This document shows, piece by piece, positions 1 through 8,799 of a stretch of 64,000 bases of DNA. Within the stretch, counting starts at the first letter, position 1, and each line of letters begins with the position of its first letter. A program made the translations under genes and the position numbers. The notes beneath the pieces are model-generated. The model had not been told where the DNA came from and made no database searches. It was given only the letters and a program-made list of their open reading frames with translations. The stretch is from Candidatus Aenigmatarchaeota archaeon (lineage in GTDB: Archaea > Aenigmatarchaeota > Aenigmatarchaeia > Aenigmatarchaeales > Aenigmatarchaeaceae). Where the stretch lies: positions 119 through 64,118 of the forward strand of contig JAFGAZ010000020.1 in the NCBI GenBank assembly GCA_016933455.1, given 5' to 3'.

Positions 1-673
1 CGTTCTCTATCTTGTACATCACGCTCTCAAAGTCAGCAAGGTCAACCATTCCCTCATAGGCGTCTCTTTTCATCATGTGCGGGGGTATCACAAAAACGTA
101 ACCCTTCTTGACCAATGACTCGACAGCATACCTTATTATTGCCTGCTCCAAAAGCGCCAAGGATCCTTTTAGATAATAGAAACCTGCTCCGGCAGTCTTG
201 GCAGCCCTTTCCTCGTCTAATAATCCTAAACAAGTAACAATGTCAGCATGGTTCTTGGGCTCAAAGTCGAACTCGGGTTTCTTTCCCCACGTCTTTATCA
301 CGACGTTGTTTTCCTCGCCCGCGCCAACAGGAACAGACTCGTGAAGAATGTTTGGAATTCTCATCATGTTATAGTCAATCTTTTCCTTGAGGTTTAGCAT
401 CTCATCTTCCATTGTCTTGAGTTTCTGCGGCAGCTGCTTTGCCTCTTCCATTTGTTTGGAAGCATCCTTGCCGTCTTTCTTTAAGGCAGAAATTTCTTTT
501 GACAAGTTATTTCTCTTGCACTTTAAGCTCTCAACTTCCTGCAAAAGCTCCCTGTATTTTTTATCAAAATCTATAACTTCGTCTAGCATTTTTATTTTTT
601 CTTGAGCTTCCCTCTTCTTTAGATTCTCCCTGATAACATCAGGATTTTCTCTTATGAGTTTTATGTCAAGCAT
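1..673 (-). CDS. serS: seryl-tRNA synthetase, N-terminal part (gene runs off the left edge)
   Basis: This ORF is not in the supplied track because it is open at the window edge. My translation starts at the ATG on the complement of 671-673. It reads MLDIKLIRENPDVIRENLKKRE, then a long charged coiled-coil arm, then GFYYLKGSLALLEQAIIRYAVESLVKKGYVFVIPPHMM. That is the tRNA-binding arm plus the start of the class II core typical of SerRS. Confidence 0.8.
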   Translation of the reverse strand, partial: MLDIKLIRENPDVIRENLKKREAQEKIKMLDEVIDFDKKYRELLQEVESLKCKRNNLSKEISALKKDGKDASKQMEEAKQLPQKLKTMEDEMLNLKEKIDYNMMRIPNILHESVPVGAGEENNVVIKTWGKKPEFDFEPKNHADIVTCLGLLDEERAAKTAGAGFYYLKGSLALLEQAIIRYAVESLVKKGYVFVIPPHMMKRDAYEGMVDLADFESVMYKIEN

Positions 674-688
674 TTAATCACTTTATCA

Positions 689-1765
689 TTATCTTGTTAT
701 CTTTATGTTCTTTACAGTTTCGTGCAGCTCTTTGGCACGACTATTGTTTTCAAAATGTTTTCTTACAGGTTCTATTAGTTTGTCAATATGTGTTGCAACG
801 GAATTCTTAAGATCCAGAGGGAACAGCTTGCCTTCTAAAAAAGCTTTTTGTAAATCTCCATAATTAGCGTAAACAACATCGCCGCCGAACTTTTCAGGGC
901 GCTCTATTTTCATTTCCTTGAACTTTTCAAATATTATGTATTTGCAGTACTCTAGAATAGGATTTTCATCTATCTGCTTCTCAGGGCAGTATGCAGACCT
1001 TATCTTCTTCTTTATTTCATCAGACGCGTCTGTCATGAAAATTGCAGAGCTTGGAATCGACTTTGACATCTTCATTGCAATCTTTCTTTCCATCGGATCA
1101 TTTATGTTTGCCGAAGGCGCGGTAAGTCCCATGAGCATGTGATAATTGACAACAACCGGTTTCTTGAGCCCAAGCTTTGGTGCAATCTCTCTTGCAAGGA
1201 TGTTAACCTTCCTTTGATCCATCCCAAGATTTGTTATGTCAACGTCAAGCTCGAATATGTCCGATGCCTGCATGCACGGATATAGTATCTGGGCCGCGCT
1301 CAGCGTGTCCTTTTCGGATCTTCCCATTATCTGGACAGTCCTTAGAACCCTATTAAGAGTTATTTCTCTTGCTATGCTAACAACCCTTTTCCAGTATGCT
1401 TCATTTCCCATGGCTTGCTTTGACCATATGAATTCCACCTTCTTTGTATCCATGCCGCAAGCCTTCCATACTTCTATGAAATACTCTCCTGCAACGCTGA
1501 TTTTTTCCATGTCGCCTCCCATCTTGTTGTTCATCCAGGCAAACCAGTCAGCGACCCAGAACTTGAACTTGCAACCGGCTTCAAGAAGCTTGTTGGTATT
1601 GATGGCTCGCATTATGCCTTGCGCTATGTGCATCTGTCCAGAAGGCTCGAAACCGTCGTAAACTATTGGATGCTGATTTGTCTCAAGAAGAATTTTTAGC
1701 TCTTCTTCTGTGACTATCTCTTCACCAACGCTTTTTATCAGTTCTAGTCTTTTTTCCAAATCCAT
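689..1765 (-). CDS. tyrS: tyrosyl-tRNA synthetase (archaeal type)
   Basis: 358 aa. It carries the class I signatures HIAQG (HIGH-like) and KMSKS. Blocks FEPSG, YPCMQASD, KKIRSAYCP and RPEKFGGD are colinear with archaeal TyrRS as I remember the M. jannaschii enzyme. Confidence 0.88.
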   Translation of the reverse strand: MDLEKRLELIKSVGEEIVTEEELKILLETNQHPIVYDGFEPSGQMHIAQGIMRAINTNKLLEAGCKFKFWVADWFAWMNNKMGGDMEKISVAGEYFIEVWKACGMDTKKVEFIWSKQAMGNEAYWKRVVSIAREITLNRVLRTVQIMGRSEKDTLSAAQILYPCMQASDIFELDVDITNLGMDQRKVNILAREIAPKLGLKKPVVVNYHMLMGLTAPSANINDPMERKIAMKMSKSIPSSAIFMTDASDEIKKKIRSAYCPEKQIDENPILEYCKYIIFEKFKEMKIERPEKFGGDVVYANYGDLQKAFLEGKLFPLDLKNSVATHIDKLIEPVRKHFENNSRAKELHETVKNIKITR

Positions 1766-1826
1766 CCAATCACTATTATCATTTTGAGTTGCATGATATA
1801 AATATTTGAAAAATAATTAAGGTTCT

Positions 1827-2474
1827 ATGGAAAATTTCGAATGCTGGATGCCCAACTGGGACTATGTAAGCAAGGCATGCAAGAAGGCTGTTAGGGAAAT
1901 GAAGCAGCAAAATTTCAAGCCGGACATTGTTATTGCCCTGTCAAGAGGGGGCTATGTTCCTGCAAGAAATGTGTGCGACATGCTGATAATAAAGGATTTG
2001 GTCTCAATGAAGGTCGACCACTGGGGCATAACGGCAAGCAAGGACGGCGAGGCAAAGATAAGGTATCCCATAAGTTTTGACCTGACAGGAAAGAAGGTTC
2101 TAATAGTTGATGACATAACAGACAGCGGGGAGAGCATGAAGGTGTCGATGGATTTCATAAGGAGCTTGAACCCGTTGGAATTAAAGAGCATGGCAGTGTT
2201 TCACATGAAGGAATCAAAGTTCTTACCGGATTTTTTCGGCGAGGAGATAGACTGGAAATGGGTCATATTTCCATGGAACTATGTCGAGGACATGTGCAAC
2301 ATAATACCAAAGGTTCTAGACACAGAAAGGCCAAAGAACATAAAAAAGATCCAAATAGACCTTAAGGAAAACTTCAAAGTTGACATCTACGTCGAGGAGA
2401 TTGCAGAAATTCTAGACGAGCTTAATGAAGCAGGAAAGGTTTTAGAGAAAAGACTTGGCTGGGTTAAGCTTTAG
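1827..2474 (+). CDS. purine (hypoxanthine/guanine-type) phosphoribosyltransferase
   Basis: 215 aa. The type I PRTase PRPP loop VLIVDDITDSGES is preceded by ALSRGGYVPAR. The base specificity was not determined. Confidence 0.7.
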   Translation: MENFECWMPNWDYVSKACKKAVREMKQQNFKPDIVIALSRGGYVPARNVCDMLIIKDLVSMKVDHWGITASKDGEAKIRYPISFDLTGKKVLIVDDITDSGESMKVSMDFIRSLNPLELKSMAVFHMKESKFLPDFFGEEIDWKWVIFPWNYVEDMCNIIPKVLDTERPKNIKKIQIDLKENFKVDIYVEEIAEILDELNEAGKVLEKRLGWVKL

Positions 2475-3247
2475 GCGGATTTCAAAGCATCCTTGCAGAT
2501 GCAGTTTCTTTCATTAGGAATATTATTTACAACTTGCTTGATTATTTTCTTGACCTTCTCATTGTTTTCTTTCATGGTCTTCTTTATCTCGTCGAATGTA
2601 ACCGGCTTATCTGCCCAGACATCATAGTCGGTGACAGTTGCGAGTATGCCAAGGCACATTTCCTTTTCCCTTGCCAAAACAGCCTCGGGAATTCCTGTCA
2701 TACCTATGATGTCTCCGAAATTCCTAAACATCAAGCTTTCAGCCCTTGTAGAAAACCTCGGGCCCTCGACGCATACATATGTTCCTTTCGTATGGCAGGC
2801 AATTCCCAAATCCTTGCATGTAGCAATCAAAGCGTTTCTTATTTCAGAGCAAAAGGGGTCTGCCAACGAGACATGCCTGACATTTCCAGTGTTGTAAAAT
2901 GTGGTCGAATTCTTCTTCCAGTCAACAAACTGGTCGGGTATCACAATGTCTCCAGGCTTGTAGTCCTCTTTAAGCGAACCGACAGCGCAGCAGGCAATTA
3001 GCCTATTGACACCGATTTTTGCAAAGCCTGTTATGTTTGCCTTGAAGTTTATCTCATGAGGGGGTATTGTATGGCCTCTGCCGTGCCTGGCAAGAAAGGC
3101 AACTTTCCTGCCGTTCATCAGACCTACATTGAAAACATCAGAAGGGCTGCCGTACTCTGTGTCAACCTCCATTTCTGAAACATTGTCAATCATGCTAGAG
3201 TCATAAAGGCCTGTGCCGCCTATGAAGCCTATTTCCACCTTTTCCAT
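2471..3247 (-). CDS. mtnP: S-methyl-5'-thioadenosine / purine nucleoside phosphorylase
   Basis: The track ORF is 2471..3268. I prefer the start MEKVEIGFIGGTGLY at 3247. PNP/MTAP blocks GFIGGTG, FLARHGRGH and IIGMTGIPE are present. The 3' end overlaps the convergent PRTase gene by 4 nt. Confidence 0.85.
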   Translation of the reverse strand: MEKVEIGFIGGTGLYDSSMIDNVSEMEVDTEYGSPSDVFNVGLMNGRKVAFLARHGRGHTIPPHEINFKANITGFAKIGVNRLIACCAVGSLKEDYKPGDIVIPDQFVDWKKNSTTFYNTGNVRHVSLADPFCSEIRNALIATCKDLGIACHTKGTYVCVEGPRFSTRAESLMFRNFGDIIGMTGIPEAVLAREKEMCLGILATVTDYDVWADKPVTFDEIKKTMKENNEKVKKIIKQVVNNIPNERNCICKDALKSA

Positions 3248-3305
3248 AAGACTTATGAAGATTAACAAAATATTAATTTATCTACTATAACTGGTTAAGA
3301 TTATT

Positions 3306-4547
3306 ATGAAATTGAATTGTTTGGGAGGTTTTAGGGAAGTTGGCAAAAATGCTGTTCTCGTTGAAGCCAAGAAAAAGATAATGTTCGACTACGGTGTAAA
3401 GGTCGAGACAGGCGAAATGCCGATTATGCCAAAGAGCGTTGACGCTTTGGTTTTAAACCACGCCCATTTGGACCACGTGGGTTCTGCTCCGGCCCTATAC
3501 AAGAGGCAAAAGCCAGACATCTTCTCAACAATAACCACATTCGAACTTGGCGACATGATACTAAGAGACAGCCTAAAGATTGCAAGAATCGAGCACAAGA
3601 AAAAGAATTTCGACAGGAAAGAAATGGAAAGGATGAAAAAAAGCAGGGTCGAGATAACATACGGCCAAAATTACGAGGGGGACGGCTATACGCTAGAGTT
3701 CTTCAACGCGGGCCACATACCAGGGAGCTTTTGCTGCATTCTTGAAATCGAGGGCAAGAGGATTTTCTACACATCGGATTTCAACACCGACACGACAAGG
3801 CTTCTCAAGGGAGCCAACATAAAGACAAAGGACATCGACGTTCTGATAATGGAAAGCACCTATTCGAACAGGGACCACCCACCAAGAAAGGAAACTGACA
3901 AGGGCTTTTTCAATGCAGTGCAGGATACTGTTTCCAACGGAGGGGTTGCTGTAATACCCTCGTTTGCCATAGGAAGGGCTGCAGAGGTCTTGATGACAAT
4001 CGACTCTTTCAAGCCCGATTTTCCTGTTTACCTTGACGGCATGGCAAGGTCGGCCACCGAGATATCGCTTGACCACCCGGAGTTCATAAGAGACCCCAAG
4101 GCATTAAGAAAGGCGTTTAGAAGGGCAAGGGTGGTTGACAGCGACATCATGAGAAAGAAGGTCATAAAGGACCCGTGCGCGATTGTCACGACATCTGGCC
4201 TTTTGGAGGGCGGTCCTTCTGTCAGGTATGTAAAGTCGCTCTACAACAACGTGGAGAGTTCCATAATATTCACAGGATTTCTTATACCTAAGACTGCAGG
4301 AAGGTATCTGGTCGACACTGGAAGGTTTGTGACAGAGGGCTTTGACTTGAAGATAAAGATGAACATACAAAAGTTCGACTTTTCCGCTCACACAGGAAGG
4401 GACGGGCTTTTCAACTTTGTAAACAAGATGAACCCTGAGAAGGTCGTGTGCTTGCACGGGGATTATTGCGAAAGGTTTGCAAGCGAGCTTCGCGGAAGGG
4501 GCTTTGACGCCATTGCTCCTGTGAACGGAGATGTTGTTGACTTGTAA
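3306..4547 (+). CDS. beta-CASP metallo-beta-lactamase-fold RNase (aCPSF2/RNase J-like)
   Basis: 413 aa. It has the MBL motif HAHLDHVGS and beta-CASP motifs A to C (MESTYS, FSAHTG, CLHGD). Confidence 0.8.
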   Translation: MKLNCLGGFREVGKNAVLVEAKKKIMFDYGVKVETGEMPIMPKSVDALVLNHAHLDHVGSAPALYKRQKPDIFSTITTFELGDMILRDSLKIARIEHKKKNFDRKEMERMKKSRVEITYGQNYEGDGYTLEFFNAGHIPGSFCCILEIEGKRIFYTSDFNTDTTRLLKGANIKTKDIDVLIMESTYSNRDHPPRKETDKGFFNAVQDTVSNGGVAVIPSFAIGRAAEVLMTIDSFKPDFPVYLDGMARSATEISLDHPEFIRDPKALRKAFRRARVVDSDIMRKKVIKDPCAIVTTSGLLEGGPSVRYVKSLYNNVESSIIFTGFLIPKTAGRYLVDTGRFVTEGFDLKIKMNIQKFDFSAHTGRDGLFNFVNKMNPEKVVCLHGDYCERFASELRGRGFDAIAPVNGDVVDL

Positions 4548-4553
4548 TTTATT

Positions 4554-4994
4554 TTACACATTGAAAATTCTTGTCATATCGTATAATATTAATACTACAG
4601 AAATAATAGTAAGAACAATACCAAAAACAAAAACCTTATCTGTCATTAATGTTCTGTTATATTCTTCTTTCCAAGATTCAACTTTTGGTTTGAAATCTTC
4701 TTTAATTCTAAGAAGATTAACAGTAGAGTCTTTGTTCCTCTCATAAAATTTTGACGGCCAATTGTTTAGGCGCAAGTATGGACCATAGCCCATTTTTTCA
4801 TTGGTAATTCTCATTACTCGACTAGAGCTTGTAATAGAAAGAGTCATTCCAAAAATCATAATAATAAATATAATAAAGGCCGAAACATGTGATGGATTTG
4901 ATAGGTTAGGTCCAAAAATAGGAGAAACGGAAAGCAACATAAAAAATACGAAAAGTATTGGCACAATAACTAATGCTTTTCTCATGTTAATCAT
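4554..4994 (-). CDS. hypothetical membrane protein
   Basis: 146 aa with three hydrophobic segments. I recognise no family motif. Confidence 0.5.
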   Translation of the reverse strand: MINMRKALVIVPILFVFFMLLSVSPIFGPNLSNPSHVSAFIIFIIMIFGMTLSITSSSRVMRITNEKMGYGPYLRLNNWPSKFYERNKDSTVNLLRIKEDFKPKVESWKEEYNRTLMTDKVFVFGIVLTIISVVLILYDMTRIFNV

Positions 4995-5009
4995 TTATTA
5001 TTTGTTAAT

Positions 5010-5879
5010 TTAATTTTTTACTTTGAAAATTTCTGTTATCGTAAAGTCAACCCAATATAATCCGACTGTATTTGGTACTGTTTCCAATATATCGTTTCCT
5101 ATTTTGCTTGCAGACTCTTCAAACTGTTCCCATATTTTTCTGTCTGCTTCGTATCCGAACTGGAAAGCAACTTCTGCGTCTGAAAAGTGCTCACCCCATT
5201 TCCTAAACTCTTCAAGCATCTCATGATAGCTCTCAAAGCCCTGGCTGTCGCATATGAACACAACATCTTCCGGATAATTGCTTGGCAGCTTTTCATAGTC
5301 CCAGTGCTTTAGGAAAAGCTTGTATTCTGGTTTGTAAGTCTTGATAAGATGCAGCCATTCTGAAACTTCGCTTTCTGTCACTAATCTTCCCTCAAAATTA
5401 TCAGCTGAATTTAGCCACTCGACATCGATACCAAAGCCTATGACTGAATCATGATTAGAATATCTGTCAAGAACTAGCCTTATCAAAGTTTCAACATCAG
5501 CGTCAGCAGGCTCAACCTGCAGCCACACTTTCAGATTATTTCTATCGAACACTGTCAGATATTCCTCGCTCATGTCGTCCTGGGAGAAAGCTATGTTATG
5601 GTATTCAAAATTTCCTGGAAAGTTCAGGTTGCAGTCCCTTTCGCCGTCTCTTGAGCCCAGTATCCAAATGCCTGATGCAATTGAGCCTTGGATTTTGCTT
5701 GACATTTCATTTGAAAATTCTACCCAATACGAAGGCTGTTGTTCTTGCTGGTAGCCGTACTCTGAAGAGCGCCACCCGACGAATATCTCGTCTTTGCTAG
5801 AATTGTACAAAGAATAAACAACAATTGAGGAAAGAAACAAAAGAATTACAATAATAGCTGTGATTTTCATAAAGAACAT
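5010..5879 (-). CDS. secreted or N-terminally anchored hypothetical protein
   Basis: 289 aa with an N-terminal hydrophobic signal or anchor (KITAIIVILLFLSSIVVYS). It lies directly downstream of the surface-protein genes on the same strand. A glycoside-hydrolase-like fold is only a guess. Confidence 0.6.
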   Translation of the reverse strand: MFFMKITAIIVILLFLSSIVVYSLYNSSKDEIFVGWRSSEYGYQQEQQPSYWVEFSNEMSSKIQGSIASGIWILGSRDGERDCNLNFPGNFEYHNIAFSQDDMSEEYLTVFDRNNLKVWLQVEPADADVETLIRLVLDRYSNHDSVIGFGIDVEWLNSADNFEGRLVTESEVSEWLHLIKTYKPEYKLFLKHWDYEKLPSNYPEDVVFICDSQGFESYHEMLEEFRKWGEHFSDAEVAFQFGYEADRKIWEQFEESASKIGNDILETVPNTVGLYWVDFTITEIFKVKN

Positions 5880-5895
5880 TCCTCATCAGAGTTCT

Positions 5896-8739
5896 TTACT
5901 TTATCTTCTTTCTGTTTATCATGAATATCGAAAACACTGCGCACACGATAACCATTGCTGCAATTCCCATGCCTGTGGGCGTTGTGATGAAGTTAAACAT
6001 TCCAGCTATTCTGGATTCATCGTTGCATTCCTGGAAATCATTCGGCCTGCTATTTTCCGTGCCGCAGTCGTTGGCATCAACGCATGTTCTTACGGAGCCG
6101 CCTTCCCTGCATGAAGACCAGTCAGAGCAAACCCAGTCCTCAACACACTCTTCTATTGTTTCCTCTACTTCCTCGACATACACTGGCTCTTCTTGTTCAA
6201 CAACAACTTCTTCTTCCTCAACCTCTTCGGTTTTTGTTTTCACAGGAGGTATGTAACCGCCTCCTCCACCGCCTCCATATATTATTGTAGGTGAAGGTTG
6301 CTGCACAGTAAGCAAAGCCCAAACTCCGGACTCGTTTGCCGAATAGTTTGCGCCTCCTGTTGCATTGAATGTGTAGTTGTATATTCCCATTGCTGGGGAC
6401 ACAAGTTCCTTGTATGGCGTCTCGTTAGCTGACAAAAAGTCGTTCCTATACAAGGTATAGTTAACGTCATCGTCACCTATGTTGTTTTCTATTCCGTAAA
6501 CAGTTGTCTGGCTTCCAAGCTCGATAACGTCCGAAGGATCAAAATCAATAGTAATGTTTAGCACGCCCTTGTTGACAAATGCATAGTAAGTAACATCGGT
6601 ATTATTGTCAGAATAGTTCTGGTTGCCTGTGGCGTTTACCTTGTATGCGTATGTGCCGTTGCCAAGTCTTACCAATTCTGTTTTGTTTTCAACAAGAACC
6701 TCGTCCCTGTAAAGAGATGCGTTCCCGAATTCCGATATTGCTGTAGCGTTTATCATCTCAGGATATACATATGTCCTGTTTTCATTTACAACGTCATCTA
6801 GTATAAGCGATACTAAATTTTCTGCCTTTGCTATGGTAAACTCTGTCTTGTTAGTGGCATTGACCGTGCCTGCCGCATCTATACCAACAAACCTGTATTG
6901 GTATGTGCCTGCTGCCAAAGGCGATGAGTTGTAATAATAATTAGGATATGTTCCAATCATTGTTGAATTCGTCAAGTTTCCTGTAAAGTTGTTCTCAAGG
7001 TATGCCTCGGAAAATGCTGCAGTGTTGTTTACCCAAGTTATGCTAAAGTTGCTGTAGTTGGTTGGGCTGTAAACATCAACTGTCTGTGCATCACTACTGT
7101 TCCATGTCAAAGACCTGTTTACGATTATAGCATTGAAGCTAAACGCTTCTGTGGTGTTGCTATTACCTGAAGTGTCGTTTGCATAAACCTTCCAGCTAAC
7201 CAAGTTTCCAAAAGGCATCGAGTCGTTCTTCCAAGTGAAGTTTGTCCATGCCTCATAGTTTCTAGGCTTTCTTGGCGAGTTGTAGTAGTTGGCTGCATTG
7301 ATTATTTTGTCCGAATAGTCTATTGTGAAATAGTCTACCATATTCCAGTCGTTTCCCGAGACAACGCTAATATCATGGAAACCTGCTGTCATGTATATGT
7401 TCCAGAGAACCTGGCTTCCCCACACATATCCCCATTCAGTGACATTGTCCCCGCCGGGAACCGTGTGTGTGTCATTCACATAATCGTTTAATATGCTCTC
7501 CGAATAAGGAGCTGCGTCTATGAAATAATCATAAGTATTAAGATTGGGATTGTATGAGCTGGGATCAGAGACGTTCCAGCCCCCTGTCAGAACTCTGAAA
7601 GTTATGTTGTAGTAGTCTGAAACGGGTATCAAAACACCGACTGACAATTTGTCCCCTGTGTCAGGCATTGCTATGCTAGAGAAGCTGTCTTTCTCAAATT
7701 GGTCCTCGAGTGAAATGTTATACGAACCGATGTCCGAAACTATGCTGTACATGTCCTCGAACTCGTTTCTCCTGGTATAGTTTACAAGCTTCTCAAAGCT
7801 TACATAAGATGTTCCGTTAAGGGTTGTATTGGCATCTATTATGTTTGAGCCTATTGTGAACTTCTCCGTGTCGTTGGCAGAAGCTTTTAGGTATGCAAAT
7901 CTTGGCTCTGTCCAACCAGCATAAACACCGTCTTTTTCTATTGCCCTAGCGCCTATGTAACCATTCTGCTGCACCCATTCTATTATGGTATCGTTGAAAA
8001 CACCTTCTGGATAAGCGAATGTCTTTGGATAAACACCGATCATGTCATATATGTCCTGCGTGCTTTCGTTGATTTCTATGTCAAGGTTTGTAGAATTAAC
8101 AAGTCCTCCGATAGGATGTGTTTTGGAGTGGCATGCTATCTCCATTCCGGATGCGTACAAATCTTGGATTTGTGATATATTCATGTAGCCTGGATATATG
8201 GAGTTGTTTATGGCAGTGCCAGTTATTATGAAGAACGTGGCTGTAAAGCCGCGACTCTTTAGAATCGGGAATGCGCTAAGGTACTGGTCCTTCCAGCCGT
8301 CGTCAAAAGTTATTACAACCGACTTTTCAGGCAGCTTTGTGCCAGAATTCATGTGCTCCAAAAGCTCTGCAAAGGTTATGGTGTTGTAGTTGTTCTCATA
8401 TAGGTAATCCATCTGCGCTATAAAGTCGCTGACCTTTGTGTTGTATGGTGACGGGTAGGTTTCGCCTATTCCGTGATAGTATAATATAGGAACTAGCTCC
8501 TCTGTGTACTCGATGGGCTTTACATACTCTGTCCAAACACCTGTCTCGTTGGTAAACATGGTGGCTGTTGAAAGAGGCATTGTGCTGTTCCAGAAAACGC
8601 TAAGCGTTGTCTGGTTGCCGCTAGCAGTTGTTATCGTATTAGCAGTAACAGAAGAGTATGTTGGGGCTGCGAATGCCACTGTTGCCATGCCAGATATCAG
8701 CATGAAAACAAATATGAGCTGTTTTAACTCCTTAGTCAT
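5896..8739 (-). CDS. large cell-surface glycoprotein with a polysaccharide deacetylase (NodB/CE4) domain
   Basis: 947 aa. From N to C: a signal peptide (LIFVFMLISGMATVAFA); NodB motifs VVITFDDGWKDQY and ACHSKTHP; sequon-dense repeat modules (LGNGTYAYKVNATGNQNYSDNNT...); a Gly7 run; an acidic linker; a 41-aa six-Cys module; and a C-terminal TM segment ending in KKIK. Confidence 0.8.
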   Translation of the reverse strand: MTKELKQLIFVFMLISGMATVAFAAPTYSSVTANTITTASGNQTTLSVFWNSTMPLSTATMFTNETGVWTEYVKPIEYTEELVPILYYHGIGETYPSPYNTKVSDFIAQMDYLYENNYNTITFAELLEHMNSGTKLPEKSVVITFDDGWKDQYLSAFPILKSRGFTATFFIITGTAINNSIYPGYMNISQIQDLYASGMEIACHSKTHPIGGLVNSTNLDIEINESTQDIYDMIGVYPKTFAYPEGVFNDTIIEWVQQNGYIGARAIEKDGVYAGWTEPRFAYLKASANDTEKFTIGSNIIDANTTLNGTSYVSFEKLVNYTRRNEFEDMYSIVSDIGSYNISLEDQFEKDSFSSIAMPDTGDKLSVGVLIPVSDYYNITFRVLTGGWNVSDPSSYNPNLNTYDYFIDAAPYSESILNDYVNDTHTVPGGDNVTEWGYVWGSQVLWNIYMTAGFHDISVVSGNDWNMVDYFTIDYSDKIINAANYYNSPRKPRNYEAWTNFTWKNDSMPFGNLVSWKVYANDTSGNSNTTEAFSFNAIIVNRSLTWNSSDAQTVDVYSPTNYSNFSITWVNNTAAFSEAYLENNFTGNLTNSTMIGTYPNYYYNSSPLAAGTYQYRFVGIDAAGTVNATNKTEFTIAKAENLVSLILDDVVNENRTYVYPEMINATAISEFGNASLYRDEVLVENKTELVRLGNGTYAYKVNATGNQNYSDNNTDVTYYAFVNKGVLNITIDFDPSDVIELGSQTTVYGIENNIGDDDVNYTLYRNDFLSANETPYKELVSPAMGIYNYTFNATGGANYSANESGVWALLTVQQPSPTIIYGGGGGGGYIPPVKTKTEEVEEEEVVVEQEEPVYVEEVEETIEECVEDWVCSDWSSCREGGSVRTCVDANDCGTENSRPNDFQECNDESRIAGMFNFITTPTGMGIAAMVIVCAVFSIFMINRKKIK

Positions 8740-8799
8740 AGTAACACTATCAGTTCTATGTAACCAAATCTTTAAATAAGGATATTAGCTTAGAAAAAT

